Source: SAR324 cluster bacterium (GTDB taxonomy: Bacteria; SAR324; XYD2-FULL-50-16; JAERRU01). Taken from it: 64,000 nt of DNA. The stretch is from positions 3,029 through 67,028 of the forward strand of contig JAERRU010000015.1 in assembly GCA_016735295.1 (NCBI GenBank). Direction: 5' to 3'. The notes under the pieces were generated by a model. It did not search any database. It was not told the origin of the DNA and was given only the letters and a program-made list of their open reading frames with translations. This document shows, piece after piece, positions 59,291 to 64,000 of the stretch (the first letter of the stretch is position 1; each line of letters starts with the position of its first letter). The translations under genes and the position numbers were made by a program.

Positions 59291-60748
59291 CGGATAAAAA
59301 TCAACGTTTTTGCTGTCCCAAGCCGTGCCCGCTATATCTAGATGCACCCAAGGTGTTTTATCTACAAAGTTTTCTAAAAATTTAGCCGCCGTTGAAGCTC
59401 CTCCCCACCGGCTACCAACATTTTTTAAATCGGCATAATCGCTCTTAATCTCTTCTTGAAAAGCGTCATCAATCGGTAAAGGCCAAACATGTTCCCCCAC
59501 TTCTTTTGCTGCCACTTGCACCAATTTAGTTAATTTTTTGCTATTACTAAATAACCCAGTGTGACCCTTGCCCAGTGCCACCACGCAAGCTCCAGTTAAA
59601 GTTGCTAAGTCAATTATTGCCGTTGGTTTATATTTATCAACTCCATATGCCAAAGAATCGGCTAGCACTAATCTTCCTTCAGCGTCAGTATTTATTACTT
59701 CAATCGTTTTTTTATTATAGGCAGTGAAAATATCGCCTGGCTTATAAGCTTTATCGCTAATCATATTTTCCGCCGTCGCCACCATCGCTACCACTCTAAC
59801 TTTTGGTTTTAAAGTTGCTATTAAATTCATCACTCCCACCACGGTAGCTCCTCCACACATATCAAATTTCATTTCCTCCATCGAACCAGCCGGTTTTAAG
59901 CTATAACCACCCGTATCAAAGGTTAAACCCTTGCCTACTAGCAAAAGAGTTTCCTTAAATTTAGTGGGCTTATATTCCATAATATTTAAAAAAGCCGGCT
60001 CAGCTGAGCCCTTTGCCACTGCTTGAAAACACCCCATTCCCAATTTTTTAAAATCTTTTTCATCTAAAACACTAAATTTTAGGCCTCCTGCCAAGCTAAG
60101 TTGGGCACATCTTTTCTTAAAGTGACTAGGGGTAAAGTCATTTCCCGCTATATTGCCACAATCTCGTGCTATGTTAACACTATCCACCAAAACCCTTTTC
60201 ATCGGCATCTCAGCTGATGACGCCCCACCTTTGCTAACTAAAACTATTTCTTTAAGCTTAGGTGCCCTATTTTTATCACTATAATAATGTGAAAAATGAT
60301 AGCTAGCCAAACCTAATCCTTCAAAAAAATGCTCGCTTTTATTACCCAACTCCCCCACTGGTAATATTATATGAGATTTAGTTAAATCTTGTTTTAACAT
60401 TCGTTTAGCTATTTTAGCCCCAAGTCGTAAAACATCTAAATTATCAATTTCTTTTTTATAGCCCGCCAATAATCCCTGATAGCTATCTCCTGAAGAGCCA
60501 ACATAGAAAAAATCGTGAATTCCCAGTGAGTTATTCTTCCCATCACCTTGTTTATCTTGCTTATCTTGCTTTTCCTGCCTCTTGGTTATTTTTTTAAAGA
60601 AATTTTCTAAATATTTAGCTAAACCAGGCTCTTTTTTAGCTATATCAGCAGTAAGATACACCCCATCTGATTTATTATAAAAAACAACTAAATTACTATC
60701 ATCTAAATCAGATAATCTTGGTAATGACTTCACTTCAGAAATTTTCAT
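59225..60748 (-). CDS. pepA: Leucyl aminopeptidase (M17)
   Basis: GKGLTFDTGG, MKFDM, NTDAEGRL, ATLTGA and HLDIAG motifs. Confidence 0.96.
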   Translation of the reverse strand: MKISEVKSLPRLSDLDDSNLVVFYNKSDGVYLTADIAKKEPGLAKYLENFFKKITKRQEKQDKQDKQGDGKNNSLGIHDFFYVGSSGDSYQGLLAGYKKEIDNLDVLRLGAKIAKRMLKQDLTKSHIILPVGELGNKSEHFFEGLGLASYHFSHYYSDKNRAPKLKEIVLVSKGGASSAEMPMKRVLVDSVNIARDCGNIAGNDFTPSHFKKRCAQLSLAGGLKFSVLDEKDFKKLGMGCFQAVAKGSAEPAFLNIMEYKPTKFKETLLLVGKGLTFDTGGYSLKPAGSMEEMKFDMCGGATVVGVMNLIATLKPKVRVVAMVATAENMISDKAYKPGDIFTAYNKKTIEVINTDAEGRLVLADSLAYGVDKYKPTAIIDLATLTGACVVALGKGHTGLFSNSKKLTKLVQVAAKEVGEHVWPLPIDDAFQEEIKSDYADLKNVGSRWGGASTAAKFLENFVDKTPWVHLDIAGTAWDSKNVDFYPSKGATGVGVRLLCQMLKDWQW

Positions 60749-60780
60749 GTGCTATATACTAGATTTATAAATTAAAAAAA

Positions 60781-61242
60781 TTACTTTTCTTCTTTGTTAA
60801 CAAACTTAGCGGGAAACACCAATACAGGTATTTTTGTGTGCCGCACAACCGATTCAGCAACACTCCCTAAAAGTAAATGAGAAAAACCCGTTCTCCCATG
60901 AGAGCCCACCGCTATCATATCCGCCCCCCACTCATCGGCTGTATCTATAATCTTGTTCCAATTATCCCCTTCAGGCATAAATTTAGTTATTTTTATCTTA
61001 TCATAATTTATTTTTTTGATGATAGAATCTAACCACGCCTCTGCCTCAACTTGAGATTTTTGCACGGCGTCCATCGCTATATATCCAAGCTCTGGAGTGC
61101 TAATCGCTTTTAATGTTTCTATCACAAACACCAAGCCTATCTGGTTAATGCCAGCTACCCTCGCAAAATCTACTCCCATTAAAGCAGTTTGAAGAGATAA
61201 TTCACTATTATCAACCGCGATCAATATTTTTTTTAATTTCAT
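60781..61242 (-). CDS. Universal stress protein
   Basis: KILIAVD.S and GSHGRTGFSHLLLGSVAESVVRH..IPVLV motifs. Confidence 0.93.
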   Translation of the reverse strand: MKLKKILIAVDNSELSLQTALMGVDFARVAGINQIGLVFVIETLKAISTPELGYIAMDAVQKSQVEAEAWLDSIIKKINYDKIKITKFMPEGDNWNKIIDTADEWGADMIAVGSHGRTGFSHLLLGSVAESVVRHTKIPVLVFPAKFVNKEEK

Positions 61243-61359
61243 GTTTCTTTTAATTTGCTATTGTTACTCCAAAAACTATAAAAGCCCAAACATCAATCAA
61301 TAAATATAACAGATTTATATACTAAAACCAATCACCAATAAAATACCTCGCTAATAGCT

Positions 61360-62028
61360 TCAACTCTTTGGGGGAGAAGTATATAAATTTGCTTTACCTG
61401 CCTCTTTTTTGAGCTTAGTTAAGTTTGTGGAATCTAATTGATAATTCAAAAATCCATTTACCGCCAAAGTGTCCCGATAAAGACCTATTCTAGGTACACC
61501 ATAATATAAATGAGTATGTCCATAAAGAAACAAGCTGGGTTGATGCCTATTTAAAAATTTAACAAATGTTTTAAATCCTTGATGCACCCGGCTACCTTTA
61601 ATATCTCCCATACCCAAAGCCGGTGAGTGAGTAACGAAAATATCTATCTTAGACTTAAAACCCAATTTAAAACTTAATAACAAGCTCTCTTTAAATATTT
61701 GCGACTCAGTATATTGATATGGTGATTCTCCATTATAAAACGGACTTCCCCCTATTCCCACCATAGTTAAATTTTTATGCTTAATGATTCGATTATGCAA
61801 ACAAACCCATCCTGCTGGTGGATTTGTTGCTATTTCTGTGTCATGGTTGCCGGGGACATAAAAACATGGTACATTAAGCGCATCTATCAGAAAATTCAAA
61901 TAATAACACGGCAAATCCCCGCATGAAATTACCATTTCCACATCTCTATACAAATCCCGATCAAAGTTTTCATATAATGATTCAGACACCCTATCGGAAA
62001 TAACTAATATTTTCATAATATAATTCAA
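61360..62028 (-). CDS. Calcineurin-like metallophosphoesterase
   Basis: ISD, CGDL, PGNHD, THSP and GHTH motifs. Confidence 0.9.
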   Translation of the reverse strand: MNYIMKILVISDRVSESLYENFDRDLYRDVEMVISCGDLPCYYLNFLIDALNVPCFYVPGNHDTEIATNPPAGWVCLHNRIIKHKNLTMVGIGGSPFYNGESPYQYTESQIFKESLLLSFKLGFKSKIDIFVTHSPALGMGDIKGSRVHQGFKTFVKFLNRHQPSLFLYGHTHLYYGVPRIGLYRDTLAVNGFLNYQLDSTNLTKLKKEAGKANLYTSPPKS

Positions 62029-62294
62029 TTTTTTTCAAAACTTGCTCTATTATAACCTGAAAGATTAGCTAGCTGTCAATAAAAAATTAACTATTTTAAA
62101 AATTTCCATCAGTCACAACATATAAATATCTTAAATAAATACTAATCTATTATATAGATATTTATTTTTTCATTTGATAATATTAAAAAATACTATTTCC
62201 AAATAAACGCTATAGGTGATAACTCAGAATTTTAGGATTTAAGGGTTACTAATTTCTTTTTTCACAAAAATAACTACTAACTAAATTATTTAAA

Positions 62295-63710
62295 ATGTTT
62301 CCTAACGTCTTTGGCGGAAAATTATCACCCAAGAAAAGACTCCCCTCTCTTAATGATATTCTAGAGCTTACTCAATATAAAGATCGGATATATTTAGGCC
62401 GAAAACAAATAGAAATTGATAAAATAATCGGTAGTGAGGGGAGATATAGCGATTTTGATGATAATTTCCTCCCTACCAATGATAGCATGAGGCACCGCCT
62501 GCTAGAAATTAGGAAACTATTAGATGAAGGGCACCCTTTGCCACCTATTTCTGTTTTTAAAATTGATGATTATTACTTCGTTAGAGATGGCAACCACCGA
62601 GTTGCCGTGGGCAAATCTCGTGGGCAAATTTCTATTGATGCTGAAGTTACTGAATATATCATTAATGTACCGATCACTAAAAAATTGACTCCCAATGATC
62701 GCCTAATCATTAAAAAACATGCTAATTTTTTGAAAATAACTGGCCTTGAAAGATTTGGCCGTAGTGCGATCATCAATTTAAATAATCCTCAATATTATGA
62801 CACTTTAATAGAAATTATTGAGCAATTTATCTTAAGCGAAAATAAAAAATCTAACTCTTCTCTATCTTTTCAAGAGGGGGCGACTCTTTGGTATCACAAA
62901 GTATTTCTTCCCTTCGCTGAAGACGCTTACCGCACAGATTTACTACATAGATTTAACAATCGAACTACTGGTGATCTTTATGTTTCCTTGCAAACCAATT
63001 GGAAAAAAATTAAAAAAGGTATTGAAGAATCTAATCATAGGCTAGCCTATATGTCCCTTGGAGAAAATTATTTAACCAATTTGCCTTCAGTATCATGGCG
63101 TGAAATTAATATATTGTGGAATATATACTCCAAAAATTTAGCTAATGAAGATAACTCCCTATTAACCCACCACATCACTATTGTAGTGTTAAATGTATTA
63201 ATTTATGTTTCCGATCCTAAAAAACCTAAGGTGGTGATTGTGAAAAGAAAATATCATCCTAGCGAAATGCAGTGGAGCTTTCCGATCACTATGCTTAGAA
63301 ATGATGAAGAAATAAAAGAATCTTCAATTCGTTGTCAAAGCAATGTGCTGGGCATTAAAAATCCTTACCCCATGATGCAATTTTGCATACAAGACCAGAA
63401 AAATAGATATCCATTTAGCCGCTATATCGCTATTGGAATGCTAGGTTTTATTTTTGATCAAAAAAGAAAATTAAAATTTATGGCCGGAAATTTAGCTGAT
63501 TCAGTTAATGTTTGTGATTTGTTAGATATGCCTGATTTAGTGTTTGATCACTATGATATTTATACTAAAGCACTTGGTTTTATTGCTAAAAATACTTTTC
63601 GAGCCAACATCTTTGAAAAATGTATGGATAATACTATCCCCCTTAATTTGCTAGTAGATACTCTAAAGACGATTAATAAAAAATATTACCAACATTTTGC
63701 TAATCGGTAA
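62295..63710 (+). CDS. ParB/Srx-like domain protein fused to a degenerate NrtR-like NUDIX domain
   Basis: IIGSEGRY.DFD..FLP and LPPI...YFVRDGNHRV; C-terminal KRKYHP...WSFP and DLVFDH. Confidence 0.75.
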   Translation: MFPNVFGGKLSPKKRLPSLNDILELTQYKDRIYLGRKQIEIDKIIGSEGRYSDFDDNFLPTNDSMRHRLLEIRKLLDEGHPLPPISVFKIDDYYFVRDGNHRVAVGKSRGQISIDAEVTEYIINVPITKKLTPNDRLIIKKHANFLKITGLERFGRSAIINLNNPQYYDTLIEIIEQFILSENKKSNSSLSFQEGATLWYHKVFLPFAEDAYRTDLLHRFNNRTTGDLYVSLQTNWKKIKKGIEESNHRLAYMSLGENYLTNLPSVSWREINILWNIYSKNLANEDNSLLTHHITIVVLNVLIYVSDPKKPKVVIVKRKYHPSEMQWSFPITMLRNDEEIKESSIRCQSNVLGIKNPYPMMQFCIQDQKNRYPFSRYIAIGMLGFIFDQKRKLKFMAGNLADSVNVCDLLDMPDLVFDHYDIYTKALGFIAKNTFRANIFEKCMDNTIPLNLLVDTLKTINKKYYQHFANR

Positions 63711-63750
63711 AACAGCCAATATCGGTTAATAACGCCAGCTAATAAAAATA

Positions 63751-64000
63751 ATGTTAATCAATAAAGATAACCCTAATGATATCTATTCCACCGAAATAGA
63801 AATTCGCTATTGTGAAATAGATCAAATGGGCATAGTGCACCACAGCAACTATTGGAATTGGTTTGAAATAACTCGTATAAAATGGTTAGCTCAGCATGGT
63901 ATTAGCTATCAAGAATTAGAAAATAAGGGCTATTTTTTGCCTTTAATTGAAGCTAATATTCATTATTTTAAGCCTCTTCGTTTTGGGGATCGAATTTTGG
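63751..64000 (+). CDS. Acyl-CoA thioesterase (YbgC/4HBT family), partial
   Basis: Manual translation: IEIRYCEIDQMGIVHHSNYWNWFE..R...G.SY...E..G..LP..E. Confidence 0.88.
   Translation, partial: MLINKDNPNDIYSTEIEIRYCEIDQMGIVHHSNYWNWFEITRIKWLAQHGISYQELENKGYFLPLIEANIHYFKPLRFGDRIL

Noticed and set aside
62295..63710. Chromosome-partitioning ParB
   Set aside because: No parA neighbour, no evident HTH or dimerisation domain, and no parS-like palindrome noticed; only the ParB/Srx catalytic-type motif is shared

Overview
AT-rich (roughly one-third GC by eye) chromosomal window from a diderm bacterium (lptD, mlaD, heptose adenylyltransferase). The gene mix of dacA-cdaR, a PilZ protein, an NtrX-like regulator and IleRS2 suggests a deltaproteobacterial/SAR324-like, possibly host-associated lineage (inference). 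It is almost all housekeeping: hemB, metF/metE, folC, gpsA, clpP, lpdA/aceE, tatA, ileS, hisE, nuoEFG, pncA, nnr, dapD, gap, nadD, murE/alr, purH, htpG, lptD, phaB, pepA and tRNA-Leu(CAG). I saw no transposase, integrase, phage or cas genes. The most striking unexplained structure is a recurrent class of tandem duplications anchored at gene 3' ends, seven loci with unrelated units of 21-208 bp. Five copy the last codons and stop codon of the adjacent gene. They include an 83-bp x10.5 array behind a degenerate thermonuclease lipoprotein and a 208-bp duplication that separates a formerly overlapping convergent gene pair. Other candidates are a USP / metallophosphoesterase / ParB-like-NUDIX fusion module, a ClpP with a (D/E)RR-repeat tail, and a single-chain pseudo-dimeric chorismate mutase.
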